Source: a virus. Taken from it: DNA of 49,010 bases. Positions within the stretch are counted from its first letter, which is position 1. Every line of letters begins with the position of its first letter. The stretch is from IMG/VR virus record IMGVR_UViG_3300033145_000155; one strand, written 5' to 3'. Below the pieces are notes generated by a model. It ran no database searches and had not been told where the DNA came from. It saw only the letters and a list, made by a program, of their open reading frames with translations. This document shows, one piece after another, positions 9,012 through 19,152 of this stretch. The position numbers and the translations under genes are program-made.

Positions 9012-12000
9012 TATTGACCACTCCTTAATTTTCCAACCTCCTCTCTAAATCCAGGAGACATGACACCACCAGCTTTAATAACTGTCCCTAATTCTTCATA
9101 CAGTTCTTTACGTTCCTCATCTGAAGCAGAGTTAAGTCTGTCAACATAAACCTTGGCTCTCGCTTCAGTTGTAAGACCTTTCAACCGTAACCAGAAAGTA
9201 CGATTAGGTAATCCCTTTATCTTTTCTTGGAATGTGAATCTATCCTTAAGTCTATCATATGTATCCTTGTCTTTAAACTCCCTCATATAATCTATAACTT
9301 CTTTCCTACTTACATTATCCTGATAGAGGTAGCCTTCAACTCTCATATCCAGCCCACGATTCTGAATCCATCTTTGAATATCACTTGCTTCCTTAGCCTC
9401 ATCTATCTTCTCTCCATATTGTGAGTAAGGATTAGTTACACTAAAGAATCTTTTAATAATAGGTATCTTAGACAATACCATTGCAAGGTGCTGTTCTTTC
9501 TTGTTCTTAGGAAGATCACCAAATGATGCATCGTAGCCTTGACCAAGTAAATAAGACCATAGTGTTCCACTGGTTGTTAATTCCTCTATCATATACTTAG
9601 TGCGTTCAGGAGACATCCCAGTTGCTTCACCAAAATCTATAAATGTTTGAGGTGTTTGACCAGGAATATATTCCTCTTTACTTTCTGGCCAACTAAAAGG
9701 TTTATCAGACTTCCTCCAAATATCTTCATTCATCCAGAAGTCTTTATTAGTAACATATCCAAGCGTTCCACTAATAGTAGGTGGCAACTCAGTTACCCCA
9801 ACAGGGCTTTGCTCCTTAAGTGAATCAACTATTCTATTAACATCTACTTCATTGCCAAGCCATTTATCTACACTACCTTCAAAGAATGTTTTGAAGAACT
9901 TCTGACCAGGGTCAATAGGTATTTTAATATAAGGATACCTCATCTGACCATGCTCATCTTCAAATCCAAAGTCGTCACCTAAAGTAAGACAAAGATTATT
10001 TTGTTCATCTATATTTCCTTTAAGTGCTTGTGAACTTTTTGGATGCATCTTGTTCTTAGCTATATAAAGGCCAGCTACCAATGCACCAAACTGTGCAAGT
10101 TTATAAGTAGAGCTTAAAGCTGTCCCACTCCCTGGTTTGAAAGATCTAAACAATCCTCTTGTACCTACAACAGCTGCATTAAGATAAGGAAAAGCATTAT
10201 CAGCTGCTTTAGTAATCCCTCCACCCTGACCAAAGTCCATATAGTCTCTTGCAGCAAATGTAGCTTCCTGTGTAATCTTTGGATTTTTATTAGCTTCTTC
10301 AAATGTAAGGCCTTGTTCCTTTGCACGATTTCTAATAACCCTATCTCTAATTGCCAGCCTAGTCATTATCTCAGACGTCTCACCAAAGTAACCTAAGAAA
10401 TTATATATAGCATCTATTGATCCTTCAACATGCCTACCACGTTGGAGTAGTCTACCTTGGTGAACAAGAAATTCCATCCCTCCACCTTCTTCAATATACT
10501 TTTCATAACGTCCCTTGCGAAGCGCTGCATCTGTAAGTATAGTTGCTAAGTCCCTACCTATCTGCAAACCAAATACTGGCATGTGAGGACTATAAACAGA
10601 TGTCCATTTTCCATCTTTAAATTCCCTAGCAGCAAACCAAGTATGCAATACATCTCTTGGTAAATTAGCCAACGCAAATCCCCAGTTAATACCAGTAGCA
10701 AATGTCCTTAACACTGGTGATGCACTAGCATACCTCAACACCTGCCCCATCTTATAACTTATCTCTGGGTTATTAGTTATCCACTCCTTTGACATTTCAG
10801 GTGAGATATAAAGTTCCTGGCGCTTACCTTTTTCATACACTAAAATTCGATGCCATCCAGTTGGTATCATATCCTTTGGGTCTTCTTTAATCCTAACAAA
10901 GGGATTAGTATTATCAGCCTTTGCAACTTCAAGCAAACTTAGATTAGCTCTATTATTCAATATACGTCCATAAGATCTATTAAATACTTCAAGAGCCATA
11001 ATCTCACTTGAGGATTCATAGATGTCAGTCTCCTTACCTTTTGACAAAGCCTCAACACCTGAACTGTAAATAGTTCTATCAGTCTTCTTCAATTTTGGGA
11101 CTTGTTTATCGTAGATTTCTACCAACTTAATCCTTCGATAGTTATGTGAAATAAGTGCATCATATTCTTGTTCAGAAATCAACTCAGCATCCAACAAATC
11201 TTTCAATGGTTTCTTCATCCAATCAAAGTATGCTCCAACTTTACCCCCCACACTTCCATCGTCCTTTAAATGATATAAGTTGTAAGCCTCAGCATCTGTA
11301 TAATCTCTCACTCCATTAACTTTTTTATATTTAAATATCTCCATTCTAGCAGCACATTCAGCTGGGGTATATCCTTCTGGATAGGCAAATTCTTTAGGTA
11401 ACTTGTACTTACTTATATCCAACATCCTTACTGACAATGCTAAGGTATCAAATACTATCTTATCACCTTTACTCATTCCACTGTAAGCTTCCTTCCTCAT
11501 CTGCTTTAACATATTGGCCGAGAGTGAACTAGCTCCTTTGGATAGGTACATCCTCTGTATTATATCATAACCTACATCACCAAGAGCTTCAAGCAACTTA
11601 CCACGGATATTTCCTGAACGGTCTACAAATGAACGATTAAAGTTTTCTCTTAACATCTGAGCAGCTTCTTTAGGTCTGAAAGCTTTCATCCCCTGAGATT
11701 TTCTTACATAGTCAAAACCTTTCCTAGCCCCTTCAATTAACTGCTTAGCACCTTCACCTGCTGCACCTGTAATGTCGTAGAGTTTGGTTGGTTCAGATCG
11801 TTTTGGAATTAAACGATCTGCTTTATCTAACCCTATCCCATACTTATCAAGTAATACATTTTCCTTTAACGGCCTCTTTGTCTTTTCAAATGTAAGGAAT
11901 TCTGAGTGAGCAATTCTAGGTATCCTTTGCTCTCCTCCCTTTAAATCCACTAAAAGACTACCTTTATTCACATACACAAACTTACCTAAATATCTCATAC

Positions 12001-14710
12001 CATATTTAGTAGCAAACCTTTTTATATAATCAGACACAGGAATATTATATGACCTAGCTTTATCATACCCTTTCATTGTAGATACTCTTTCTCCTGTAGA
12101 CTTAGATATGTCTTGAATTTTAATAGTTACCCTACCATAAGGCTTTAATACCCTAGCAAACTCTTTCATAGCTCCATCATGATAAGCTAGTAATGCATCT
12201 AAGCTTTCAAAACCTCCAAATCTTTTTGCCATTGTAGGTATCTGTTTACCAACAACTAAATATGGAGGATCACTTATTATTGAATTTATAGATTGATCAT
12301 CAAGAGGTATATGTTTAGATACATCAGCCTTTATTGTGTCTTTAGTCTGAGGTACTTTATCCATCTTAATTATAGGTCTTATTTCATTAGGTAGATTTTT
12401 CCATATTTTACCAGAGCTATAATTTACATCTAAGTCTACCTTACCTTTATGCATTAGGTTTATAATATTAGATAATAACTCATCATGGTTCTTACTCCAT
12501 GACTTAATTACTTTCTTAATATTTTTAGATGCTTGAGTTGGGTCTACCCCTGAATATAAGGTATTGCTACTATCATCTTTTATAATATTATCTACTGCAT
12601 CTAAAGTGGACAAATCTAAACGCTCAGTTCGTTTGACATCCAAACGATCTGCATTCCTTGCCCACTCCGCAGCGTCACTAACCGTCTCCTTCCAAACATT
12701 GAAGTCTTCACCTTTATCAAACTTATCTCTAACTTCATCAGCCCTTATAGCTAATTCACTAAGGTGATTCCTAATCTCTTCAATAGGAAGTTCTTCTCCA
12801 TTAAGCCATCTATTAACATCGTTGATTAGCTTACCAGTAAATAAGTCAGGGTCTCCCAAAACATTCTTAATTCGCTCTTTGTAAAGTTTATGTAATGTAT
12901 TAGTCTCTTCAACTGACTTGTCACGGAAAGGTGATTGGTCAGTGGATAATTCAGCAGGTTTAGGAGTACCTGTTTGAGTATCAAGTTCGGTGGTAAGTTC
13001 TTCACCTTTAGGTTTAATTCCTCTTGACCTTTCAAGCTTTTCCCACTGTTCTTTCACAGTCATCTTGTTGATTTCTTTGACTGGATAACCAGCTCGATTA
13101 AGTTCATGTTTTTCATCTTTGGTTAACTTAACTTCTTCTAATATATGCTTAAGTCTTTCTATATCTAACTTACTATAATCTGTTTTACCTTGTAACATAC
13201 TCTTGTCAGTAATTTCCCTATACTTATTAAAGAACATTGATCCCTCTTCTGTAAATACATCTGGAAAGGTATCAATCTTATCAGCAAGCCCACTACTTAA
13301 AATATAGTTATGAATACTTGTCATTATACCTTTTCTTTGATATTCTTTTAATGTATGTAAACCTTCTGTATAGGCTACATTATCATATATAGATACGTCT
13401 GCAGATCCAACTATTTTTTCTCCAATCTTTGCCTGTATTTTAAATTCTTTAGGGTCTTTAGTACTAATTACATTATAAGATATTTCTTCACCTTCAATCT
13501 TTTCTTTCTTTGTTTTCTTCTTTGCCTTCTTTTTTGCCTCAATTTTTTTCTCCTTGATTAAGTCTTGGCCAGTAGTTACTTTTTTCTTAACAGCCTTTTC
13601 TTTCTTAATCTCCTTAACCTTCTTCCCTTTCTCCTTCAAATCACCTTTTACTACACTCTCAGTATCTATATTCTCATTCAGTTTTCTTGCTTCAAGTTCT
13701 GCTTGTACCTTTTCAACATCTAAGACTTTCTGCTGTGCTGCTTTAACTACTTCATCAGGAATCCTATCAATCTCTTTTTGTTTAATAACTATTTTCTCAG
13801 CCTTATCCAAAATAGGCTTAGCGTCCTTTGCATATTGTTCATGACCTCCTTTGTATGTCCTACCCATGACAACTATTCCAACAACATCAGCTATAAAATG
13901 CAAAGCTCCTCTAACATTAGGCATGTATTCAAACATGTCTAACTCAGCCAATGTATGAATAGGCGTTGATGCAGCTGTGTAAGGTGCCATGCCTATCTCA
14001 CCTATAATAGCACTATAGTCTGTAGGTTCTTTCTCTCCACCTTCACCTACAGCTTTCTTACTTAAATACTTACCAAAGGTCATAGGTGATTGTAGTAATC
14101 TATCAAATGGTGCAACTATACTCTCATGCCATCTTCCCGCACCTTTCTCCATTCCTTTACTAGCAGCTTCATAAAGATCAAGGAGAGTGAAATCCTCTGA
14201 CTTGAGTATCCTAGAACCCATCTCCTTTGATGTTTCAACAGCTGCAGACAATGCACCTTGAGCAAATCCAGGAAGGGACATAGCAAAGGTAAGTGTCCCT
14301 CTCACAGCATCATAAGGATTCTTAGCCATTCCCCACAGTTGGTTAAGCGCTTCCATTGCACCACGCTTATCATCATCTGTCATGGTAGGAGGTTGGAATA
14401 AAGTAGAATCAGTAATACCTTCTCCAAAAGCCATCTCACCTACCTTTTCATAGAAAGGCTTTGGTGCAGCCGAGATCATCTGATTCATTATATGAGGATC
14501 TTCATATAAGTCAGAAACAGGTGCAGTCGAAGCTTCGAATTTAGGGACAGGAGCAAGCAACTCAGGTTGCGGCTGCCTGAGGAGGTCAAGCCCGGAAGTT
14601 ACTTGACCTCGGCCTTGACCCTGTCCCTGTTTCAGTAAATCCATTTCAGATTGTTTTGTTATTAAACGATCTGATTGTTCACCCCTTAATAAATCAAGAC
14701 CTGACGGCAT
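9011..14710 (-). CDS. Giant multidomain (polyvalent-type) virion/internal protein, ~1,899 aa, with a GNAT-like module and a DPPY methyltransferase-like module
   Basis: Start set at the MPSGLDLL ATG at 14710 (SD GGAGGAA 8 nt upstream). GNAT-like region HTLKEYQRKGIMTSIHNYIL. MTase-like region SIISDPPYL...RVLKPYGRV...AHSEFLTFEK. It is the last gene of the structural operon, after internal-protein-like genes. Confidence 0.75.
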   Translation of the reverse strand: MPSGLDLLRGEQSDRLITKQSEMDLLKQGQGQGRGQVTSGLDLLRQPQPELLAPVPKFEASTAPVSDLYEDPHIMNQMISAAPKPFYEKVGEMAFGEGITDSTLFQPPTMTDDDKRGAMEALNQLWGMAKNPYDAVRGTLTFAMSLPGFAQGALSAAVETSKEMGSRILKSEDFTLLDLYEAASKGMEKGAGRWHESIVAPFDRLLQSPMTFGKYLSKKAVGEGGEKEPTDYSAIIGEIGMAPYTAASTPIHTLAELDMFEYMPNVRGALHFIADVVGIVVMGRTYKGGHEQYAKDAKPILDKAEKIVIKQKEIDRIPDEVVKAAQQKVLDVEKVQAELEARKLNENIDTESVVKGDLKEKGKKVKEIKKEKAVKKKVTTGQDLIKEKKIEAKKKAKKKTKKEKIEGEEISYNVISTKDPKEFKIQAKIGEKIVGSADVSIYDNVAYTEGLHTLKEYQRKGIMTSIHNYILSSGLADKIDTFPDVFTEEGSMFFNKYREITDKSMLQGKTDYSKLDIERLKHILEEVKLTKDEKHELNRAGYPVKEINKMTVKEQWEKLERSRGIKPKGEELTTELDTQTGTPKPAELSTDQSPFRDKSVEETNTLHKLYKERIKNVLGDPDLFTGKLINDVNRWLNGEELPIEEIRNHLSELAIRADEVRDKFDKGEDFNVWKETVSDAAEWARNADRLDVKRTERLDLSTLDAVDNIIKDDSSNTLYSGVDPTQASKNIKKVIKSWSKNHDELLSNIINLMHKGKVDLDVNYSSGKIWKNLPNEIRPIIKMDKVPQTKDTIKADVSKHIPLDDQSINSIISDPPYLVVGKQIPTMAKRFGGFESLDALLAYHDGAMKEFARVLKPYGRVTIKIQDISKSTGERVSTMKGYDKARSYNIPVSDYIKRFATKYGMRYLGKFVYVNKGSLLVDLKGGEQRIPRIAHSEFLTFEKTKRPLKENVLLDKYGIGLDKADRLIPKRSEPTKLYDITGAAGEGAKQLIEGARKGFDYVRKSQGMKAFRPKEAAQMLRENFNRSFVDRSGNIRGKLLEALGDVGYDIIQRMYLSKGASSLSANMLKQMRKEAYSGMSKGDKIVFDTLALSVRMLDISKYKLPKEFAYPEGYTPAECAARMEIFKYKKVNGVRDYTDAEAYNLYHLKDDGSVGGKVGAYFDWMKKPLKDLLDAELISEQEYDALISHNYRRIKLVEIYDKQVPKLKKTDRTIYSSGVEALSKGKETDIYESSSEIMALEVFNRSYGRILNNRANLSLLEVAKADNTNPFVRIKEDPKDMIPTGWHRILVYEKGKRQELYISPEMSKEWITNNPEISYKMGQVLRYASASPVLRTFATGINWGFALANLPRDVLHTWFAAREFKDGKWTSVYSPHMPVFGLQIGRDLATILTDAALRKGRYEKYIEEGGGMEFLVHQGRLLQRGRHVEGSIDAIYNFLGYFGETSEIMTRLAIRDRVIRNRAKEQGLTFEEANKNPKITQEATFAARDYMDFGQGGGITKAADNAFPYLNAAVVGTRGLFRSFKPGSGTALSSTYKLAQFGALVAGLYIAKNKMHPKSSQALKGNIDEQNNLCLTLGDDFGFEDEHGQMRYPYIKIPIDPGQKFFKTFFEGSVDKWLGNEVDVNRIVDSLKEQSPVGVTELPPTISGTLGYVTNKDFWMNEDIWRKSDKPFSWPESKEEYIPGQTPQTFIDFGEATGMSPERTKYMIEELTTSGTLWSYLLGQGYDASFGDLPKNKKEQHLAMVLSKIPIIKRFFSVTNPYSQYGEKIDEAKEASDIQRWIQNRGLDMRVEGYLYQDNVSRKEVIDYMREFKDKDTYDRLKDRFTFQEKIKGLPNRTFWLRLKGLTTEARAKVYVDRLNSASDEERKELYEELGTVIKAGGVMSPGFREEVGKLRSGQ
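11795..11819. repeat. PE25 copy 5 (intragenic, perfect arms)
   Basis: AGATCGTTT-TGGAATT-AAACGATCT. Read on the minus strand it encodes DRLIPKRS. Confidence 0.85.
12626..12650. repeat. PE25 copy 6 (intragenic)
   Basis: AGTTCGTTT-GACATCC-AAACGATCT. Encodes DRLDVKRT. Confidence 0.75.
14648..14672. repeat. PE25 copy 7 (intragenic, near the 5' end of the giant gene)
   Basis: AGATTGTTT-TGTTATT-AAACGATCT. Encodes DRLITKQS. Confidence 0.8.
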
Positions 14711-15812
14711 ATCTAACTTCCTCCATATCTCCAGATGGCCATTCAACTGTCCAAATTATAGTCTTACCATCTTCAGCCCATTTAACTTCTTTAATCTTTC
14801 CACCACCGGCAGTGATCTTATCTTCAATAAACTGTACTTTAACCTCAGAAGTTTTTTGCTCTTGTTCACCGGTCTCCATCCTAAACAATTCATTTTGAAC
14901 TTCATCAGAACTCATATATTTATTAAGGTCTTCAGTCCACTTAGGATCTTTGAAATAAGTCTGACCTTTTAATCCAGCCTTAGCTTTTATCTCAGTTAAT
15001 TTCTCTCCAAGAGTCAAACCACCACCAAGAGCTGTAATGTCTCTAAGCCATGTATTGAAATCTGGCTCAGTGTCATTAGGTCCTCTATAACCACCTGCTA
15101 CAGCCTCTTCATAATCCTTCTTATGGCCAGTCCAAGCAGAGTTTTGATACTCTTCAAAACTACCTTTAAATGAACCACCTGCTTCAGTTTGAGCATATTC
15201 GTAATTTTTAATAGCATTTGTACGCTCATCCTTATTTGCAGACTTATACCAATCAAGGTATTGCTTAGTAGTCAATTTAATATCTGTCCCAGGTATAGTA
15301 ATTGAAGGCGTCTTCTCACCAATTAATGCATCATAGTAATCCATCATCTTCTGCTTATACAATGTATCAGACACATCACTAACCTTTTTCTGTCTCAATG
15401 CCTCGACACTTTGAGCACCACTAAGGGCACTGGAAATGTCTTGAGGTGTCAGGCCAGCCAAATCGGCACCTGAGATACTTGGCTGACTAGAAACGAAAGG
15501 GTTTGCCATTCCTCCTGGTTGCTTGATAGGAGCAAGACTTTGATCTGGGGTGAACATGCTACCTCCAGACAAAGTGCCAAGAGCAGAAGCTGGAATATCC
15601 ATCTTTATTCCATCTTTACTAATTGCCCCTTTTGTATCATCAGGGCCTAGCATCTGCTGTAACAGCTTCATGTAATTCTGTGCAGCGATGTTCTGCATAG
15701 TAACTTTATTCACATTAGCTCCTATTGGCTGACCAGCTCCAATGTCCTGTCCTGCAGCTGCAAGATACTGCAAGAACATTTTGTTTTGCATGAGATTTTC
15801 TAAACCTTCCAT
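14694..15812 (-). CDS. hypothetical structural protein (372 aa), possibly an internal virion/ejection protein
   Basis: SD GGAGG. Sits between a Gly-rich membrane-like protein and the giant protein. Confidence 0.6.
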   Translation of the reverse strand: MEGLENLMQNKMFLQYLAAAGQDIGAGQPIGANVNKVTMQNIAAQNYMKLLQQMLGPDDTKGAISKDGIKMDIPASALGTLSGGSMFTPDQSLAPIKQPGGMANPFVSSQPSISGADLAGLTPQDISSALSGAQSVEALRQKKVSDVSDTLYKQKMMDYYDALIGEKTPSITIPGTDIKLTTKQYLDWYKSANKDERTNAIKNYEYAQTEAGGSFKGSFEEYQNSAWTGHKKDYEEAVAGGYRGPNDTEPDFNTWLRDITALGGGLTLGEKLTEIKAKAGLKGQTYFKDPKWTEDLNKYMSSDEVQNELFRMETGEQEQKTSEVKVQFIEDKITAGGGKIKEVKWAEDGKTIIWTVEWPSGDMEEVRYAVRS

Positions 15813-15824
15813 AATTAATTCCTC

Positions 15825-16763
15825 CTATAAAAATGCAGATGCAGCGCCAAGAAATGCTCCAACGCCAGCACCAACTCCAGTGCCTATTCCAGGCACAACA
15901 CTTCCAACCATTGCCCCAGCAGCTGCCCCACTCAATGCACCACCTATTGCTGACTGTGCTTGAGAGGGTCCTGAGGTAGCTCCAGGTGTAGCTGTACCAC
16001 CACCAATAGCTGCTAGTAAATTACCTCCATGTTGAAACACTTCCAGATCCCAAAGTGCGTCAGACTCATCTATTTTAAGATTAGCATCCATCTCTTCCTT
16101 CTTAGCTACAATTTTAATTCTGTTAACATCAGCTATCATCTGAGATGCAGTCTTTTGATATTCAAGTTTGAGTGCAATCAGACGAATGGCATCATCTGAA
16201 AACGCCTTCATATGTAAATCAGCTGCATACTTTGCAACTTGCCTATCCTGATTTTCTTCAATGTTAGCTCTGCCAATGACAAAGGCAGAACTCATCACTG
16301 CATTTATATCCAGCATGCCTGCATTGAACCTTGGTAGAATTTCAGCTATTAACCTGGCATCTAAATCAGCAGCAAATTCATCCACTGCATCATCTATCCT
16401 ATCAGTATCAAGAACATTACTTATCAATGTGTCAAGGGTTGTTCCAGTACTTAGTAATGTAACAAGTGACTGCAATTCATCAGGAGCTGCAAGCATTGTG
16501 ACTAAGTCAGCATCAGGATCGTATGCATTCTGAAGTGTCCAAGGTGAGTTGCCCAGAGCTGAATTCATCACATCAGTTATTGATTCAGTTATTGTATCAA
16601 CACCTGAGTTATCCAACCAATCACCATGGATAGTTTCTAAATATGCTGAATGACTAACAGCACCAGAACCTCCACCTCCACCGCCACTCCCACCTTTGAA
16701 ACATACTAATGGATAAAATCTATATCCATAATCTTGTTTAAATTTCCACCAATTTATATTCAT
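15825..16763 (-). CDS. hypothetical structural protein with a poly-Gly tract and a Gly/Ala-rich hydrophobic C-terminus (possible internal/ejection protein)
   Basis: Start moved to MNINWW (SD GGAGA 7 nt upstream); the track start at 16856 overlaps the upstream gene. The C-terminus is GGALSGAAAGAMVGSVVPGIGTGVGAGVGAFLGAASAFL. Confidence 0.6.
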   Translation of the reverse strand: MNINWWKFKQDYGYRFYPLVCFKGGSGGGGGGSGAVSHSAYLETIHGDWLDNSGVDTITESITDVMNSALGNSPWTLQNAYDPDADLVTMLAAPDELQSLVTLLSTGTTLDTLISNVLDTDRIDDAVDEFAADLDARLIAEILPRFNAGMLDINAVMSSAFVIGRANIEENQDRQVAKYAADLHMKAFSDDAIRLIALKLEYQKTASQMIADVNRIKIVAKKEEMDANLKIDESDALWDLEVFQHGGNLLAAIGGGTATPGATSGPSQAQSAIGGALSGAAAGAMVGSVVPGIGTGVGAGVGAFLGAASAFL

Positions 16764-16777
16764 CTCAGTCTCCATTA

Positions 16778-16802
16778 AGTTTGTTAAATTGTTAAACGAT
16801 CT
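16778..16802. repeat. PE25 copy 8
   Basis: AGTTTGTTA-AATTGTT-AAACGATCT. Overlaps the stop codon of the 16792 gene. Confidence 0.75.
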
Positions 16803-17244
16803 TATCAATGTTAAATGAAATAAAAGTATAATCAGCACTACCCCCAAGATAGTCAACTACTTTAACAATATAAGGCTCTTGAGTATAAGCAACTATTCGA
16901 CTGCATCCTTTTGCTTTAGCATACTTTGCAATAGTCTGAAGTCCATGAATCCAACTAGACTCATCAACTGAATTATATCCATATAAGCAATAGATTAATA
17001 AACTCTTTGAACCACTAGCATCATCATATAAAAATCTTGTTAAAACTATCCCTTCAAAATTGTTTTCATTCTCACTTTTATTATATGAAGCCCATACAGT
17101 AATTGTTCCATTGAGGGCAGATGCTAAAATCCTATTCATCTTATCTGGATGCTCATTTACGATGGGTGGTAAAGATTGTTCAACTGCATACTTTATAATA
17201 TCCCATAGTCTTGAAATTTGATCTGGTAACAGTCGTGTTAGCAT
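16792..17244 (-). CDS. hypothetical protein (150 aa), weak acetyltransferase-fold resemblance
   Basis: TAATG overlap with the upstream gene. The strand-helix pattern LLIYCLYGY...IAKYAKAKGCSRIVAYT is GNAT-like, but there is no clear Q/RxxGxG/A motif. Confidence 0.55.
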   Translation of the reverse strand: MLTRLLPDQISRLWDIIKYAVEQSLPPIVNEHPDKMNRILASALNGTITVWASYNKSENENNFEGIVLTRFLYDDASGSKSLLIYCLYGYNSVDESSWIHGLQTIAKYAKAKGCSRIVAYTQEPYIVKVVDYLGGSADYTFISFNIDKIV

Positions 17245-18653
17245 TATTTTTGTCCTCGCAACGAGCTAGGTGGAGAATATACTCCTCTTATCCCTCTTAA
17301 GTCAGTCATTTTAAATCTTATCTTAATATATTTTATAGGTGAAATAACTGCAACGTAATCAAAGTTTAACCTAACTACAAATTCATTCCCTGAGGCAGTG
17401 ATAGCTGCAATCCCTTCATTGTTTAAAGGTACTTCACTTGTATATCCCCAGACATCTAATGTATTAGCCCAGCCAATAGCTGCTTTAGCACCAAAGGTAA
17501 TTAAAGTATCTGATTCAACCGAACTAATTGTTTTCTGTCCTCGATAACCAAGGTCGAATATTGTAGTGGTTAGTGAAGGTATATAGTCATCAACTGTGTT
17601 GGGTAACATAATTAGTTCATCATCGTAATTACTCATAGTCCATAATGCAGAAGGGTGCTGTGGAACTTCTGTTAATCCATAAGGGGAAAGTAAGAAAGTT
17701 TTCTTACTATTACCAATATAAAAGTCATTCTTAATTCGATCATACTTAACAATTATATCTTCATTTTCATCTTCAAGGTCTTTCATATATCTATAATATC
17801 CAAGTTCTTTAATTCCTTTACTCGTCATTTCCCTTATTATATAATCAGTGCCTACAAACACATGACGTCGGAGGTCTCCATCAATAGCGCCACGGTTAAC
17901 TAGTCCAACGTCCTCCAACTCAGTAAATCCAAAGGTGGTAACAGGACTACCAACAGGCCTTAACATTGTAATCCCTTTAGATGAATAACCTATTACATTG
18001 TCACCTAATCGTCTAACATGGTAAACCTTCCCACCATAAGGACAACGTCGATAACCTGCTTCATTCTGTCTATCAGGTGTAAAGTCCATTTCACCAATCT
18101 TAGACCAGCAATAGAATGCCTCATCACAGTCATGCCATGCACTTACTATGCCTCCACCTACTGCTTGACCCTTAAAGTTACACACAGTTCTCATCATGGG
18201 AATAGTTGCACTTGCAGCTACTTCATGCCAGTCTCCTAATCCCACATCCCAATAGATCATAATAACTCCATTGGTCATAAAAGCGTAAAGGCCAAAGTCT
18301 GCAACTTCCATCAAAGACCCAATGCCAAAGGTTAATTCATCTATATCAAATATATGAGTGGCTACATAATCATCTGAAATTAAATATACCTTATCCTCAT
18401 GGTTGAGTAAAGCATCTCTGATGATTAAGAAGTTATATTTTTCACCTACAATAAACTGTGGGAATGGCCAAGAGTATTCCATGTCAACTACACCAACCAA
18501 AGGATCATCATCTGAAATTTTATATCCTTCAAGGTCATTCTTACCTACACGAAATCCAAGACATTCAAACAACCACTCATCGTTCACTGGTATAGAACGT
18601 TCAGGGCTAAGACCTTTTTTTAAAGAATCTATAGTTAATTCATATTCACGCAT
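17244..18653 (-). CDS. hypothetical structural protein (469 aa), possibly tail tubular/nozzle
   Basis: Size and position in the structural operon only. Confidence 0.5.
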   Translation of the reverse strand: MREYELTIDSLKKGLSPERSIPVNDEWLFECLGFRVGKNDLEGYKISDDDPLVGVVDMEYSWPFPQFIVGEKYNFLIIRDALLNHEDKVYLISDDYVATHIFDIDELTFGIGSLMEVADFGLYAFMTNGVIMIYWDVGLGDWHEVAASATIPMMRTVCNFKGQAVGGGIVSAWHDCDEAFYCWSKIGEMDFTPDRQNEAGYRRCPYGGKVYHVRRLGDNVIGYSSKGITMLRPVGSPVTTFGFTELEDVGLVNRGAIDGDLRRHVFVGTDYIIREMTSKGIKELGYYRYMKDLEDENEDIIVKYDRIKNDFYIGNSKKTFLLSPYGLTEVPQHPSALWTMSNYDDELIMLPNTVDDYIPSLTTTIFDLGYRGQKTISSVESDTLITFGAKAAIGWANTLDVWGYTSEVPLNNEGIAAITASGNEFVVRLNFDYVAVISPIKYIKIRFKMTDLRGIRGVYSPPSSLRGQK

Positions 18654-19152
18654 AGTAACCCTCTCTACATAAATACTTATCTGAATTCCATATTCTAAGA
18701 ATTGTTGAACGGCTTACTTTAAACATCTTAGATACATAAGAAGCTGAGAATTTATATCTTTGATGGCGAAGATACATTCCTTTGTCTACAGGAATACACA
18801 GTTTTCTAATCAGCCATATCTCACCTTCATGAAGCTTTAATTGACCTCCTCCTCGATTAAATAGATTCCTTTTTGCCCTATCCATATTATTGTCTCCATA
18901 AGTTCCACAGTACAAATGCTTAGGATTAACACATTTTCTATTATCACATTTGTGAAGAATTAGTTTACCTTTTGGTATAGGGCCATTAACAATTCTCCAA
19001 GATACTCTATGAGCATAATCCAACTTTTCACTAACACTGAATTGTCCATATCCATTAACTATATACGCTTGCCATTCCCAACAGTCATCTTCACCTTTAA
19101 CATCTACCTTAGCCCAAAATCTTTCCAATAGTCTTTGAGATAACTCCCTCAT
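18646..19152 (-). CDS. HNH homing-type endonuclease
   Basis: HKCDNRKCVNPKHLYCGTYGDNNMD (HNH_3-type motif). Confidence 0.8.
   Translation of the reverse strand: MRELSQRLLERFWAKVDVKGEDDCWEWQAYIVNGYGQFSVSEKLDYAHRVSWRIVNGPIPKGKLILHKCDNRKCVNPKHLYCGTYGDNNMDRAKRNLFNRGGGQLKLHEGEIWLIRKLCIPVDKGMYLRHQRYKFSASYVSKMFKVSRSTILRIWNSDKYLCREGYYA

Noticed and set aside
9011-14710. Giant protein as a virion RNA polymerase (N4 or crAss type)
   Set aside because: I looked for DxDGD or DFDxD-like catalytic motifs and found none. The recognisable motifs are GNAT-like and DPPY instead. All promoters seen are host sigma70-like.
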